In this document: positions 25,263 to 39,878 of the stretch, piece by piece
How positions within the stretch are numbered: the first letter of the stretch is position 1
Layout: every line of letters starts with the position of its first letter
Assembly: GCA_951406725.2 (NCBI GenBank)
Contig: OX597825.1
Location: forward strand, 7,812,001-7,876,000
Origin: Octopus vulgaris
Lineage: Eukaryota
DNA: 64,000 nt
Reading direction: 5' to 3'
Notes under the pieces: generated by a model
Told to the model about the DNA's origin: nothing
Databases searched by the model: none
What the model saw: the letters and a program-made list of their open reading frames with translations, nothing else
Program-made: the position numbers and the translations under genes

Positions 25263-26877
25263 CAATAGATATGATAAACAGAGCAAAGGACCTCAGGTTT
25301 CAATGATTCATTCACATATCACGTTTGTGCTCCAGCATGACCACAGCGGCATAGCTGACACGAATAACTGAACGGGAGAATAGGTACCTTATGAAAAGAT
25401 TATTAGAACAAACCAATAAATTTCAGGAAGGCAACGTATTCGATTAGCCTGAAAAGAAAAAAAGAAAACAATTTGACACTGCTATCTAAATGAAACAAAT
25501 CTCTAAATAAATTATTCGTTGTGATCTTTAACTGGCAAAAAGACAGAATTGTTAACACATGAAGGCTTTGATCTTGGGTTGCTATATTAAGAAGCTGTTG
25601 TTAAACAACCACTACAAAGAAGTCGATCACTTGAAGCAATGTAAAATATAATTTCGGGTCTAGAAACACTAAGAAAAGCTTATATTGAATTTTTGCTAAC
25701 GATCCATTTGATATACTTTATCTGTGGGTCATGTCACCTCTAATCTATATACATACCCAGTTTTTAACTGATCGTTTGTAGATTGTGAAGATTATCATTT
25801 TGAATGCTTATGCTAGTGTAGCGATCATATTTTAGAGTCTATTACGTTATCTAGTCTCACCTATTTAGCTTTGGGATTCCACCTCACCTTTAATCTCAGC
25901 ACATTCGTTAGAATCAATATCAATAACATACAGGGGTCGAATCAATTGACTATCCTCCACTTTCCTATAAAATCTGTTTTATCTGTCGGGAAAGAAATCG
26001 ATACATAAACTTCATTTTGGAATTGATTCATAAATTTCATCTTACTCTCTTTCTCTTTCTGTTTCTCTCTCTTTCTCTCTCTCTCTCTCCTCTATCTCTT
26101 TCTCTTTTATTCTTTCTGACTTCCTCTGCCATTTCCACAATGATTATAATCATCAACAATTAATGACGTTTATAAAATTATATAACTCGATAAATACGAA
26201 ACCCAAATGCTCTTCTGAAATTACAACCTACTGTAACATGAGTGAAAATCATTTCTGCTGAGATCGTTAATCCTGCTTTTAAAGACATCGTTAACATAGG
26301 TGGCTGGTACAGAGTGGCATTAATAGCAGATCCATTATACCATCTCCCTTGAGTCTCTTACCGCCTTCGGGGAAGATAGGTTACTGATGTCAAACATACA
26401 GCAACCTGCACGTATGTACATGTGTGTGTGTATGGATGAGTGTGTGCGTGCCTGTGCGTGTGTGTATGCCTTATACTGCTCCTCGTCGCATCGAATGCCT
26501 TCTTAATGGAATGAGATCGTCAATAACATAATCTATTGTAGCGATACCATTGATATTGTCCATAATATCATCGTGCTACGGTGTACATATGGAACACTTT
26601 ATCAGTGGAGCCGAAAAGATGATAATCTACATTACACACAAGACGAAATTGGGGGTCACAAATTCTACCTAAGACAATTAACTGATAATTAATTCAAATT
26701 AATTTGGATATACATTAATGTTACATGATTTTAAAAATTTATATTTCTGTATGACAGCTGTTGTATTTCGTTGAGGTTATCATGGATTTAAGACAATATG
26801 AAAATAAGGATATAGTACAGACTATCAAAATTTGTTGCAATTTTACCAGTAGTCGTATAGGGGTATAATATAATATT

Positions 26878-27080
26878 CACATTATTTACATTTGACGAAT
26901 ATTTATCCCCACCTTGTTTGTTGCTAGCACAACGTTTCGGCTGATATACCCTCCAGCCTGGGTTCTCATTCATAAGGTATTTTTTAGACGATATATTATT
27001 ATTATTATTGTTATTATTATTCAGGTCACTGCTGGAATTGAACTCGGAATCTTGGGGTTAGTAGCCCGCGTCCTTAACCT
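26878..27080 (-). mobile_element. Penelope-like 3' fragment whose hammerhead core was removed by an internal deletion
   Basis: ctccagcct joins directly to gggttctcattc, skipping tcatcaggtgtc..; the tRNA-like cassette is truncated. Confidence 0.8.
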
Positions 27081-27127
27081 TATAACAATAATGACAATAA
27101 TAATAATAATAATAACTAAAAATACTT

Positions 27128-27268
27128 TAACTGGTACTTAATTCATCGACCCCGAAAGGATGAAAGGCAAAGTCGACCTCGGCGGAATTTGAACTCAGAA
27201 CGTAACGGCAGACGAAATACGGCTACGCATTTCGCCCGGCGTGCTAACGTTTCTGCCAGATCGCCGCC
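27128..27268 (-). mobile_element. SINE family B
   Basis: Consensus body taactggtacttaatt..gaaaggcaaagtcgacctcggcggaatttgaactcagaacg. Confidence 0.88.
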
Positions 27269-27917
27269 ATTCCATTCCTACGTTATATTCGTCTTCTAAC
27301 GCGTTATTCGGAGCTCAATTTTTTTCTTCAAATATATTTGTTTGCTTTCAAATCAAATTGTCAGAATGTCTGCTTCCTTTGTTCACACATGTACTGAATA
27401 ATTCACTAGTTTTCTATTTCTGACTCTGGCAAATTGAACATGTCAGGTCGACAAAGCCAGTCCTTACGCCTTTGCTCAATAAACTATTTCTTTTATAACA
27501 TTTATAAGAATGCTGAGTTGCTTTGCAGACGGACATTACCTTATTTCTGATGGCGGTGATGTTGTGGTGGCAAAAGTGTTGGTTTTTAAATCACGGACGT
27601 GATGACAGAGCGGATACTGTCGTTTGTTGCTGGTTTCGGAGTCGTAGCTCTTGTCTCGTTTGTGCGTATTTCAACGCTGCTGTTACAGGTTAGGTTAGTA
27701 GTAAAACTATTGTTTCTCTTATTCTTCTTATTTCTGCTGCTGCTGCTGCTGTTGTTGTTCTTGTTGCTGTAGTGGCTAGTACTGCTCTTGTCGATTATGT
27801 TGACAGTAGTAATATTTAGTTTCTACCATTTAATAAGAGGAGAGAAATGTCCTTTAGAAGTTGGAGGTGTGCTTATAATCTGTCCACGTCTCACATCTCT
27901 GTTTCATTCACTATTCA

Positions 27918-28215
27918 TTTATTCTTTTACTTGTTTCAGACATTTGACTGCGGCCATGCTGGAGCATCGCCTTTAGTTGAACAAATCGACCGCGGGACTT
28001 ATTCTTTGTAAGCCTAGTACTTATTCCATCGTTCTCTTTTGCTGAACCGCTAGTTTATGGGGACGTAAACACAACAACATCGGTTGTCAAGCGATGGTGG
28101 GGGTACAAACACAGACACACAAGCGTATATATATACTAAAAGCTTCTTTCAGTTTCCTTCTACAAAATCCACTCACAAGGCTTTGGTCAGCCCGAGAATA
28201 TGATAGTAGACAGTT
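27918..28215 (-). mobile_element. SINE family A lacking its head
   Basis: Aligns with 2614-2910. Confidence 0.85.
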
Positions 28216-28252
28216 GCCGATATTGGATACTGTGTCTTAAATAATAATAATG

Positions 28253-28310
<58 letters not shown>

Positions 28311-28449
28311 TGATGATGATGATGATGTTACTAGAAGAAACTTTTAATCAGCTCAGTTGATGAAGTCATATGGAAGTAGGCCATGAGGACAGAACAGGAA
28401 ACAAAAGCCAACACACACACCCACACCTTCACACACACATACATTCATG

Positions 28450-28511
<62 letters not shown>

Positions 28512-29759
28512 CATACATACATACATACATACATACATACATACATACAGGTTATATATGCCTGTACGTATAATTGTAGTTTTTGTTTGTGCATTTTGAA
28601 CTTCTATATCCTTCTTCCTATTTCTCGTTTCTCGAGTTTCGCAGTAAGAAATAAAAAGCAACTCACTCAACAATGAAATTTTAAAATCGTCATAAAACAG
28701 GTGCTTTTTGTTTCAGTTTTCTCTTCAGATAATATCTGTTATCTCTCACAAAATATATTCTTGATGCAATTTATACTTTTATGTTGTCTCAAAATTTATT
28801 ATTTATTAATCCAAAGACATCGGAGTAACAGAAATGGTTGTGTACTAACAGAAACGCCTCAGAGTTTATTTACAGAAGTCTATTTCTTATGTTCCGAGTT
28901 CAAACGCCACCCGGTTCCACAAAATATGTCTATTTTAAAATATCCATCTGCATTGTAGTGTAGAAATGTGTTCTAATTATTCTAAGAGTTTCATTGGCCT
29001 CTAATTCATTTCCATTTGCCATAATGGGAGGACCATCCAATTCTGTTGCCTATAACAATACCATGTAAACTGGCGACACTCTCTCAGTGCAACACTCATA
29101 ATTATTTGGTTGACGTCATTGCTATTTAGCCACAGGACAGACCTAATCGAGTCGCTGTAAGATCAAGGCCAGCGACAGTTGAGACAGTCCAGTCTTTCGT
29201 TTTTGCATAGTTTGTGTTATCAAGTAAGGGATGTATGAATTGTCGGATATTTGGCAGCTACTTCCAAATTTCTTCAAATCTTAATGCCATGCATCATTTC
29301 GGGGTTGATGTAGAAATATCTCTAAAGTAATAGGAATGGGGAATGCCTTTTGTTTCTCTACGAGTCTGATTACCGCTCTTCTTCCTCCAGTTTTCCCCCA
29401 CCTCCCCCCACCTCTAACACTGTCTCAGAACTGACTATAGCCAACAAGATGGCTAGTTACAAAAGATACACGACGAAAGGCAATAAATCAATGCACGTTT
29501 TTTCGGAAACATAAACTTACTTCGAAGTATATAATGTATACCTACTTCCTTTCTGTATCAAAATCCCATCAAAAGAAATTATTGATAAAATCTTTGGTGT
29601 ATTTTGTAAAATAGCTAATGTTTGAATGCATGAATCAGTTTAAGTACATGCTTAAAACTCAGGCTCCGGATGAGGTGCCTACATAGCATCTGTCAACAAA
29701 TACTACTTGTCTATCGTGCGTTGCCGCGTTTCATGTCTGTGGATGCGTGGTTACTAATG

Positions 29760-30130
29760 TAAAGGGGACGTGATTAATGATGGCGATGTCGAGCTACGAC
29801 AGCTCCAGAGCGTCGTTTACGACGGAAAGATGTAGTAACCTTATTTGTTCACACTTTTGAACAGTCTGCCTCTTTGATAAAGCTTCAATCTTGGATCAAG
29901 TCTAGACTGACACAGGGTGCTTTACACCATGAATGCCATCAAATCTGGTCTTTTCCGGAGTATTTCGGGTTTTATTACGTGGATAATTTCCAGAAATCCT
30001 TGATACTGACAGTGTTACTCGCGGAAAATGCCGGTTCGGTATATACTTTACTGGCGTGGTAGTGCCGTCGCACGCACCTGCCCGAGATGTGCGCAGAGCG
30101 ATGAAACCGTTCATTATTCACTCGTATGGT
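29760..30130 (+). pseudogene. Old, internally deleted fragment of the same Tx1-like lineage as 13005-14104
   Basis: ggataatttccagaaatccttg is similar to ggacaacttccagagatccctg; acctgcccgagatgtgcgcagagcgatgaaaccgttc is similar to 13301-13338; LHHEC vs WHREC. Confidence 0.75.
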
Positions 30131-30149
30131 GCACGAACACTGCTGAGTA

Positions 30150-32500
30150 GTGGAATCATGATGGATCGCTTCCATCACATATAGGGCTGGTTCGGGAAAG
30201 GAAGCGAACATAATTTCCAATTCTTGTTAAATGGAGCCTGTAGATATCAATTTTAGCAGGGTCTGCGCCATTTACCGTAGCTTTTGTATTTAATCCATGT
30301 ACTCGTGACTTTGTCCATTTCCAAAAATAAACAGTATACTTGAACCCCTGCAAGGCTCAAGTATTGATGGTCTTCAGTATATTTCTGTTTAGTTTCGTTT
30401 CAAAAGACCCTTCCTCAGTCTTTTCATTGCCCTCTTTACACACTTTGTCATTGAACTTCCCATTACTTCACCCCCCCCCCTCAGCAGATTACTAGTTATC
30501 TCTTCATTGAACTGAGGATATTATTTTGAGCTTTCATCGTATTAGACTAAATCTGTCGACTTCTCCTCAAAATTAATATTTCACAATCATTCACACCAAA
30601 GTGAACGTCTTTTTGCAAACTTGCCAAATATGTGGAACGATTGAAGAAGAGAATTAGGATATATTTCATTTTTGGCGTACAGCTTGAGGTCATCCATAAA
30701 TTGAAGATTTCTTTTCACTCCATTCTGGCAATCTATGGAAAGATCAAAAGCAGATCTCGATATTCTAGTCGCAATAAGTAATGCTTTCACAAAATGTAAC
30801 AGAGGTTAAAAAATATTAATCTGAGTTTCGCTTTCTTATGCGAACTTAATATCATTCTCGCAATATTGAAAAGGATCAGTAACCTGTCTGATTTCTTTCA
30901 CATCTCTTTCCGTCTTCAGAAAGTTGGACGATTCATTTGTTATGAGGCCAGTAACTAATTTCCATAGCAATACTTAATAAGTATTGGGCCTATATTTTCT
31001 AACATATCCTCCCTTGTCTAAATCTTTTTTTTTTTTTACAAACCTTCTTCCTTTTCTTATTCTTATTGAAACAATAAACACAAAACTGCTGTATATCAAT
31101 GCATACACTTCTGAAAATTTTAAGATCGATTCCCTAAACACCATCCATTCCAAGAGCTTCCCAGTTTGGTATTTTAGGCGTCTTTTTTATATTTTCCTTT
31201 TTATTAAATTATTCTCTTTGATCTATTTTCTTTTTCACATTTACACTCAGTCAACCAATCTATTTTGCTGGTTTATTGAAACTCTTTGCTCTAGATACTT
31301 CACCCACAATACCTTACTGCTTCCTTATTTCGCACATCATTCATCTGATATTCCTTCCACTGTTCAACAGATGGTTAGACTTTCTTCCATTGTTGCTGCG
31401 CTGTCTGTTTTCTAACACTGATTTATCTTTTGTTGGTATCTAGTATTTTTACCTGATTTTACTTTAACTAGTTGTATTACATCTTCTTCAGCAGCCTCTA
31501 ACCTTATGTATTTCTCGCTATACATGAAGCTCGTCTTTGTGTTCTTCATTTACCGACAACTTTTCAATTTATTCTTCCAAATTCTTTATTGAGCAGTTTA
31601 ACTTCATTCTAAGCTTTTCGCGATGTCTATTCGTTAACTTTTTCTTTTTCTCTTTTAACTCCAAGAATCACTATAGCAACAGGGGTTTCGTAATATATAA
31701 TGTTATTTACATCTGTTATAGCCTCCACTTTGATTTCGCAAATATTTATCCACGTTCTTTACCGCTTTTCGTAGCTTTTCAGTTTTAATTCCTCTCTAAG
31801 CTGACATTTCTTTCAATCACTATTTCTTGTCACATTGAAACACTGAAGTGTTTCAATAAGCTCTTTTTCCTCTTCTTGAATATTCTTTTCCTCTTTGCAA
31901 TAAAATTTATTTTCAGTCTTACAATTACTTCTTTCCTCTTGATAATTCCTTCGACCATTTCACATTCCTTGTTCCGTTTCCCCTTCTTTGTGAACGTTTA
32001 TCTTCATCTTACACTGCTCTGGCAATCGCTTATAGCCAAAGCTGAGACAACCATTGCTATCTCGCTTCTATGAGTTTTTAAAAAAATTATGCGATTGGTA
32101 ATACGCATTTCTGTATCAATAAATCATGAATAGTTTCTGTATTGCATTTGCCAGGTTCGCTTCTGTACTAACATTCTATTGCCATTCTATTCCTCTATTC
32201 TAAATCATTGGATTCGAATTCTTACCGCAGTAGTTTAATGACGCCCAGACCTATCATTTGTACAATAGAAAACATACCCATACTCGTTTATGGCCCCGCA
32301 AATAAGACCTGGTGTAATAAAGGACCTAATGTAATGAATATTTAGGTAATATTGCATTCATAGATAGGTATGTGAAGATAAGATGGAGGAACAGAGCGTG
32401 CTTTAAATGAGACATCACTCAAGAAGGGGTGCCAATGAAACCTAAACTGGTCCTTGTCCACATTAACTGCACCAGGCACCAACAGGACACGTCATGGTCA
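30150..32500 (-). pseudogene. Heavily decayed R4/Dong-clade LINE (reverse transcriptase remnants)
   Basis: Ordered motifs on the minus strand: IPNWEALGMDGV*G (about 31150), LLWKLVTGLI (about 30960), FMDDLKLYAKNE (about 30690), NGADPAKIDIYRLHLTR (about 30250). Confidence 0.72.
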
Positions 32501-32521
32501 CACATTGTTGTTGTTGTTATA

Positions 32522-32560
<39 letters not shown>

Positions 32561-33112
32561 GAGTGAGAGAGCAGTTCATGCCATCAAAGTGACACTGGGG
32601 TAAAATATACGAAGCCCAATATACCCATCATGACGACCCGTCTGATAAAGGTACACCAGGCACATGCATCACAACCATATGCGCGCGACATGGTGATCTC
32701 ATATCAAGATAAACAGCACATGACCTTGCAGGTGGGGCCCAGTTAGAATTTTCTTCAGGTTGAGTAGCCCATCCCGCTCAAACGGTCCCTGAATAAGGGT
32801 TGTTTAAGGATGTTGAAAGAACCACCCATTGTTTCCAGAGGTGAACCATTCAAACCCCAAAGAATCCCTCTCAACACATGGCTATGATGCTCCCCCACTA
32901 CTTCTGCTCGTGATCAGAGATGCACATATCGTCAGCCACTAAGGGACATGCTCAACTGGTTAAGGTCAAACAACTGACAAGCAAATCTGTGGTATTGAGC
33001 AGAATATTTGCTGTAGCCCATCTTTTATACCAAGACAAAACAATGTACATGATAACAACTCCAATCAGTTAAGATCAGAAGCCATGAGAGCCACTGCCTG
33101 GTACTGCATCAG
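32561..33112. mobile_element. Non-coding element bounded by (TAA)n on both sides, probably a LINE 3' UTR (element W)
   Basis: Higher-GC block sharply bounded by (ATT)n tracts; no ORF recognised. Confidence 0.5.
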
Positions 33113-33140
<28 letters not shown>

Positions 33141-33143
<3 letters not shown>

Positions 33144-33436
33144 GTTTGACTTTTGCTTTATATTTGTACAAGTTGGCTCCAAGTCTCACCCGGAGACCTC
33201 AAGAGACAACAGGTTGGAAGTTCACGTTGTCGTTATGCCTAGTGTGCCATATATTTGGTTGTTTTTTGTGTTGTACTGGTGGATGTCTAAAAAAAATGTT
33301 TCTTTTAAACCTTGAGATTACATAGAAAGTATTTTGCGTAGGATATGAGCAGTTCCCATGAGCACTATCTTTTGAATTTCTGCCATTTTTGGGTTTCCTG
33401 GTATCTGAGTTAGGTAGCTATCAGCCCCTTTTGCTA

Positions 33437-33441
<5 letters not shown>
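33141..33441 (-). mobile_element. R4/Dong-type RLE LINE 3' end (element X)
   Basis: MIAKGADSYLTQIPGNPKMAEIQKIVLMGTAHILRKILSM* plus 3' UTR and (TAA)n tail; second copy at 58392-58701. Confidence 0.85.
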
Positions 33442-33495
<54 letters not shown>

Positions 33496-33520
33496 ATTAT
33501 TATTATCATCATCATCATTA

Positions 33521-33597
<77 letters not shown>

Positions 33598-34100
33598 TAT
33601 AGTTTTCTTTCATTATGATTTTATTTCAGCTGCCTAAGTACCAGGCATCCTCTGGGGGACAAGAGTAGTAAGGGCATCTTTGTTTTGCTATGCATGCAAA
33701 AATTATCACCACAGTGCTTTCCGTAGTATATGGGCCGTACCCATCAAGGTTATCATTTGCAGTTCACGGAGATTGGAGTTACCTGGGAATGGCATAATAT
33801 ACTTTTCAGCTGGCTTCTTTTTCATTCCCAACGCACCAATTGCTACTGGAATTATCGCAGTACTAAGCTTCCACATTTTTCTGATTTCAGTTTGCAGATC
33901 TTTATAGTGAGAAAGCTTTTCGTATTCTTTTCTAGAGACATTTTGATTTTGTGGGACAGAAATATCTATTAACAGGCAACTTCCTCTGTTGTAGTCCTTG
34001 ATCGCAATGTCTGGTCAATTGATTGGTCTAAATTTTTGTCTGTCTGTTTGTATTGGGAAGTTCCAAAAGATGGTGACGCACTTGCCATTTGCTACATCCA
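33598..34100 (-). mobile_element. R4/Dong-type RLE LINE 3' end (element Y)
   Basis: VTIFWNFPIQTDR..PDIAIKDYNRGSCLLIDISVP..KEYEKLSHYKDL..IGALG..LMGTAHILRKALW*; PD-(D/E)xK restriction-like endonuclease. Confidence 0.88.
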
Positions 34101-34109
34101 ATATTATTT

Positions 34110-34322
34110 ATTGTCTTTGCACAGCTTCTAACGCTGGAGATGTACTACGGTGCCAGCTGTTCACTAACAATGAAATAAGGTAGCACCCCTTATTTTTCGA
34201 GCACTTTCCGGAGTTTAAGAGTGGTCCCAAGCAGTGCTGTTTCTGCAAGTCCTCCAACCTTATTGCAGCCCCTATTTTTTCAATGTAATTCTCAAGATTT
34301 CAACTCACTTTTCCCAGGGCTC
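34110..34322 (-). mobile_element. R4/Dong-type RLE LINE 3' end (element Z)
   Basis: Hand translation with one frameshift: NLENYIEKIGAAIRLEDLQK/ALLGTTLKLRKVLEK* plus a short UTR. Confidence 0.7.
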
Positions 34323-34345
34323 CGAAAATTAATCGTATTATTGTT

Positions 34346-34384
<39 letters not shown>

Positions 34385-34408
34385 CTTCTTCTTCTTCTTC
34401 TTCTTCTT

Positions 34409-34439
<31 letters not shown>

Positions 34440-34469
34440 ATATTATTATTATTATCGTCATCATCATTA

Positions 34470-34525
<56 letters not shown>

Positions 34526-34544
34526 TTTTTTTTTTTTTTTCAGT

Positions 34545-34760
34545 AGTTTTATTTTTTATAGCGTGCTTCCACTTCACTACCGAGCGCAGCTCTGTGTGCC
34601 TTGGGTATGTGCTGTGATTTGTTGTGATGCTCTGATGGTTATTGTATGGAAAGTGTTCTGCGTAGGATGTGTGCAGTGCCTAGTAGTGCAATTTTCTGTA
34701 TGTTATATGTGTTTGTAAGTCCTGGTGTTTTTGTTATGTATTTGTCTGAATATTTTTTTA
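34545..34760 (-). mobile_element. R4/Dong-type RLE LINE 3' end (element V)
   Basis: KKYSDKYITKTPGLTNTYNIQKIALLGTAHILRRTLSIQ* flanked by (TAA)n. Confidence 0.85.
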
Positions 34761-34841
34761 TCATTATTATTATTACTATTATTATCATTATTGCTATTAT
34801 TATAATTATAATTATTATTATTATTATTATTATCATTATTA

Positions 34842-34923
<82 letters not shown>

Positions 34924-36984
34924 CTTTATCATTATCTTTATTTATGTTTAACGAAGGGCAATCATGAGATGGTGTCGGATTAATGTAAATGCATAACGGT
35001 ATTTAATTATATCACTTCAAGTTATGATATAAAAAAAAATCGCCTGGAATAGAATTTTCTTTCAGTTATCAAAGCCATATGTTTTCCTAGCTTTTATAAC
35101 TGTAAATTTATTATAGAGCAATATTAAATACATACATACATATATATATACATATATTAACTCACACACACATACACACACACACACACGCACACGCCCG
35201 CACACACACACATATACACGTATGCACACACATACACTCACTTACGCTCACACACATACTTAGACACACAAAAGAAAAAAAAAAAGATTGCTGCTTAAGA
35301 ATAACAGATGTTTCGCGTGTATCAGAAACTTCCAGCATGCTGTCAGATTATTCGTTTAACATGTAACAGTTTTGGTCCTCCAAATTGTTAGAAATTCCAT
35401 GAAGTCTAAAAATAAATCTGAACAAAGGCCACTAGAACTATTCAGGCTTTATTAAATTGAAATTAGTTTAGAGATTTGCGTATTTAGACATACATACATA
35501 GAGACGTACATACATGTATTCATACATACATAGATACATAGATACATGGTTACATAGATACATCCGACACTAACATACATATACATGGAATATAAATGAA
35601 TATATATACACTGATACCAGTCATTGTGTTTGTAGAATATGCCGATGCATTGTTAATAATACAAGAGAGAAAATCTGTTTTTTCTTCATATTTATTCCCA
35701 GAGAAGGCACCTCGGCCTGATAAAACGATAATGAGTTTGGAAAGTATCAGAGGAGCTCATTGTCTTCGGGAAAGAATTCTCTGAATAAGATTGAAAATTA
35801 TTTCTTAAGAAGGGAATTAGAATAGCAGAATAAACTTAAAACGAAAAGGGAAATGTTTCAGTTGGAAAGTTCACAGATTTATCTGAAAGTGGATAGTTGC
35901 AGAAAACTTCATAAGGGATCAGTAAGAGAAAGAGAAAGAAAATCCATTGCTGTGTATGAGCCGGATTGAACCGAAAAGCAATGCACGCCAAAGAGAAAAT
36001 CATAAAACGAAAGAAACAGATATTACGAGTAATAACGTGCTGAAGGCTAAATCTACTGTCAAGAAAATTCAAGTTTGGATATCATTTCAAAGAAAGTGAA
36101 GAGACTTTGAAAGATGAAGGAAAATAAAACACGTAGGAGATAATGTTGCTACATATATCTGCCTAGAGGTGCTCAAAGTATTTTACAAAAATGCATTTAT
36201 TTATAGACAAGTAAATAACTCTTTAATTGATGCTCCAAGGTATGGATAACATTCTGTAAACACTGTTGAATGCGACGGTGAAACCCAGTGAAATGTTATT
36301 TTTGTTAAAAATAAGAAGGTTGTGCATGTTAAAGCAACTTCCCATGAACTGAATATATAGCTATCGCTATATATTACTATCATAGCAAAGAACGATGGCC
36401 TTAGCTTCTGTCTTGCAAGTTGTATATTTCAACAGGATTATGTGTATTGCAATCACACGTCCAACCTTAAAAACGATTTATGGATTTTGCCTGGCTTTAA
36501 GAACGTATTATATTTCAGAAACAAACAAGAATATCTTTTCCTAATAATGCAAACTTTAGCATATTAAGATTAATATGCAAAAACTGATGCACGCCAGTTA
36601 TGGATTTGAAATCCCCGAATCATGTAATAGTTAGTAAATTATCCTGGAAATGGCGACATATTTAACGATACAAAAGTATTTTCCACTCCGGAACCGTCTT
36701 AATATTGTAGCTTCTCACAAGATCAACCAGGTGGAGCCAGCATTGATAAAAAATCTTTCCCATTATCGATTATACTGTACAGAGTTCGTTTAGGCATTCC
36801 AAAATGTTACTCCAAAATGTTAACCGTTCTTATGAGGACGATATCCATAGATACAGAATTACAACTCTTTACCGAAGAACTTTAATGAACCGAAGCTTCG
36901 AAAACATCATCCAGTGAGATGATAGAAGTCGTTACCAGGATTCATCCAGGTCACATACTGAAGAAAAAACAAAATATCGCAAGA

Positions 36985-37136
36985 TATCTTTACGTTCTGG
37001 GTTCAAATTCCGCCGAGATCGACTTTGCCTTACATCTTTTCTGTGTTGATAAATTAAGTACCAGTTGCGTACTGGGGCTGATCTAATCGACTGGCCCCCT
37101 GCCCCAAAATTTCGAGCCTTGCGCCTAGAATAGAAA
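36985..37136 (+). mobile_element. SINE family B (tail type 2), 5'-truncated
   Basis: gggttcaaattccgccgag..gataaattaagtaccagttgcgtactgggg..ccttgcgcctagaatagaaa. Confidence 0.82.
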
Positions 37137-38974
37137 TGATTATGTTTTCTCAATTGTGAGTCGTGTAATATTCCTCCAAAATTATTGTTCTATTGAAACA
37201 ATTTTATATTGCTTCAGTAGAACAATGCATAATATCTCTTCTTCCCGTATCGATGCTAGCTATGCAGAAATTGAACCAATTTCTGCCGATACACAAAGAC
37301 TACTATAAATACCCTTTTTATTCTACTGATAGGGATATTACTTAGAGAATGCAGCCAGTCCTTACACCAAAGAGTACATCACAAAGACTTGTTTCTTCCT
37401 ATCAGAGGATGAATAGACGTCAGATATAAATAACTGCTAACCCTCAGCAATGGGCCCTAACAGTGTATTGTTCTCATATTAAGACGTTACTAGGGCTACA
37501 CATGTAGACAATAGCTAATTAAAGTCCACTTGGCTGATTAGTATAAAGCCACTAAAATACACACCAAGCCTTCAAGATTTGCTATCTTCTCCATCTATGT
37601 GCCTGTTCTGACATTATTTGATAAATTCAACTTTTCGGTTCCAGCTGGTCACATGACGCTTCTACTCAGAAATTTCCTCCTCACTCGTCTATTCACCTTT
37701 ACGGGACATAAAAGACCTCATCATAAAGAACACATCGATATTCAGCGAAGAATTATCTCCACCTTGGCCTTTCGAACATCTTTCACTGAGTATATATTTT
37801 TTCCTACTGCTGTCGACTTTCCACAGTGTTTTAGATAACTATTAACGACATCATTTGTATCTTGTCTGAAAGTTTGAAAGAGAGCTATTGATATGACCCC
37901 CCACCTCATTCTATACAAAGAAAAATAATAATTCTATCCATTGTTGTGCTGTCAAAAAGAGGTCCTCTTCTGATTTATGGAGCATCTATGTTGTATGTCA
38001 TAAAAAAACAGAAATCAACTTGACAGTAGAGAAACAAAAGATATATTCCCAAAATAGAACATGAGAAACGTTCATTAATGTGAGTGGTCACGTGGTGCTG
38101 TATATGATTGTAATAATGATAGTGAGCAAGAGACAATTGAATCAGTTGATTATCAAATAAATCAGTTGTAAATTTTTATTTCTAGAACACCTCATTATAA
38201 TCTGCGTACAACAAGGTTATGTCGTCAAATTTACCAACCCACTCCGACATTGATTGGAGAAATATAAAAATAATCATACTGCCAGAGTGGTGATGATACT
38301 AATGATGTTGATTGATAGAAAATTAAGCCTAACAATATAGTAAAATGCTGATGAATGAAAATAAAATAGACTGAAGCTGTCAATTTAATCGAATTAAGTG
38401 AATCCAGTTCTATCTTATTGTTTCATTTTCTTCATCTTTTTCTCCTATCGCTCCTTTTTCTCTCCTTTAATGAAATACAATATCTCACTTGCAACGCTGT
38501 ACAATCCCTGATGTTGAAATAACTAGAGATAATTAAATTATATATAGTTGATTTCTCGGCATAGACACACGTCTCCGAATCCATGGAACACATATCGATC
38601 CCGGTACTTGAATATTTCTTCTGTTTATTAGACTTTGGATTGTTGAAAGGCAAAGTTGATCTTGGTAGGATTTTAATTTAGAACATTTTAAGACCCAAGA
38701 AATACCTGAAAGCGTCTTTCCTGATGTATCTTTATGCTTAGAGATCAAATCTACCGTGGTATGTATTTTTCCATGTCATTCTCCACTGTCGTTACTACAT
38801 GTACCACTGAGGTACTAGATGTCATCTATAATATTGTTCTGCTGCGATCTACATATGTAATATTCTGAATAAATTCAGTCATCACTATTGAACGATATCG
38901 AAAACCATTCGAACCTGAAAGCGTCTTTTCTGAAACAATAAAAATTACGTCAGTTCATCACAAATAAATATATG

Positions 38975-39176
38975 TTTATTTATTACCCACAAGGACAGAC
39001 AGACGGATTAAGTCGATTACATCGATCCCAGTGCGAAACTAGTACTTTATGTATCGACCCCGAAAGGGTGAAAGGCAAAGTCGACCTCGGTGGAGTTTGA
39101 ACTCAGAACGTAACGGCGGACGAAATACCGCTGAGCATTTCGTCCGGCGCGCTAACGTTTCTGCCAGCTCGCCGCT
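38975..39176 (-). mobile_element. SINE family B with a 13-bp flanking direct repeat
   Basis: cacaaataaatat at 38959-38971 and 39180-39192. Confidence 0.88.
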
Positions 39177-39878
39177 TTCCACAAATAAATATTTACAAAT
39201 ATACATGTTTAGACGGACACACAAACATAATCACACAGAAAAACATATACACACACATATACTTGTAACTGTATTCTTATCCATAATTTTTATATTTGCT
39301 GTAAAATGGCAGATATTACAATCGCCAGCACCGCTGTTATCACATTAGATCACAAATGGACAACGACAAAATGAGAAAGAACATATACACATTGACCAGG
39401 ACACTTCGAGACGTCTGTGAAGTCACTCAAACAAGATAGAATACTGACTATTGTCTTAGAGAGTCTGTGTATTAAAGTCGAAATGGTCACCAATAAAACG
39501 TCCTTAATCGTAATTATATTCGATTAGTGTTGACATAAGACTAAACAAATTTCAAATTAGCCATTTTTCATTCTTCCACTGTGTCTCTCGCGCGTGTGGC
39601 AACATTAAAATATTAATACGTAATTATTTGTAAATATAATGATTTTTACAGGAAATATTACATAAAGGTTACCGTTGTGATGATTCCACGAATAATAAAC
39701 ACACTTTTTTTTACTGGACATAAACCAGACTGTTGTACATTTGTTTGTGCTGCTGTGAATTTGGGTTTTTTTGTGGTGTGGTGGGATAGGGGTGGAAAGC
39801 TATGCGAAGGAATGATCCCCATTTAAGGAGACTTTTTGTATTGTTCTATCGAATCAATATAAAATTGTTCCGAAGGGG

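Noticed and set aside
37520-37890. Possible decayed CR1/Jockey-type LINE 3' end (YIFFPTAVDF resembles YSFFPRT..W)
   Set aside because: The similarity rests on a few residues and is too weak to call.
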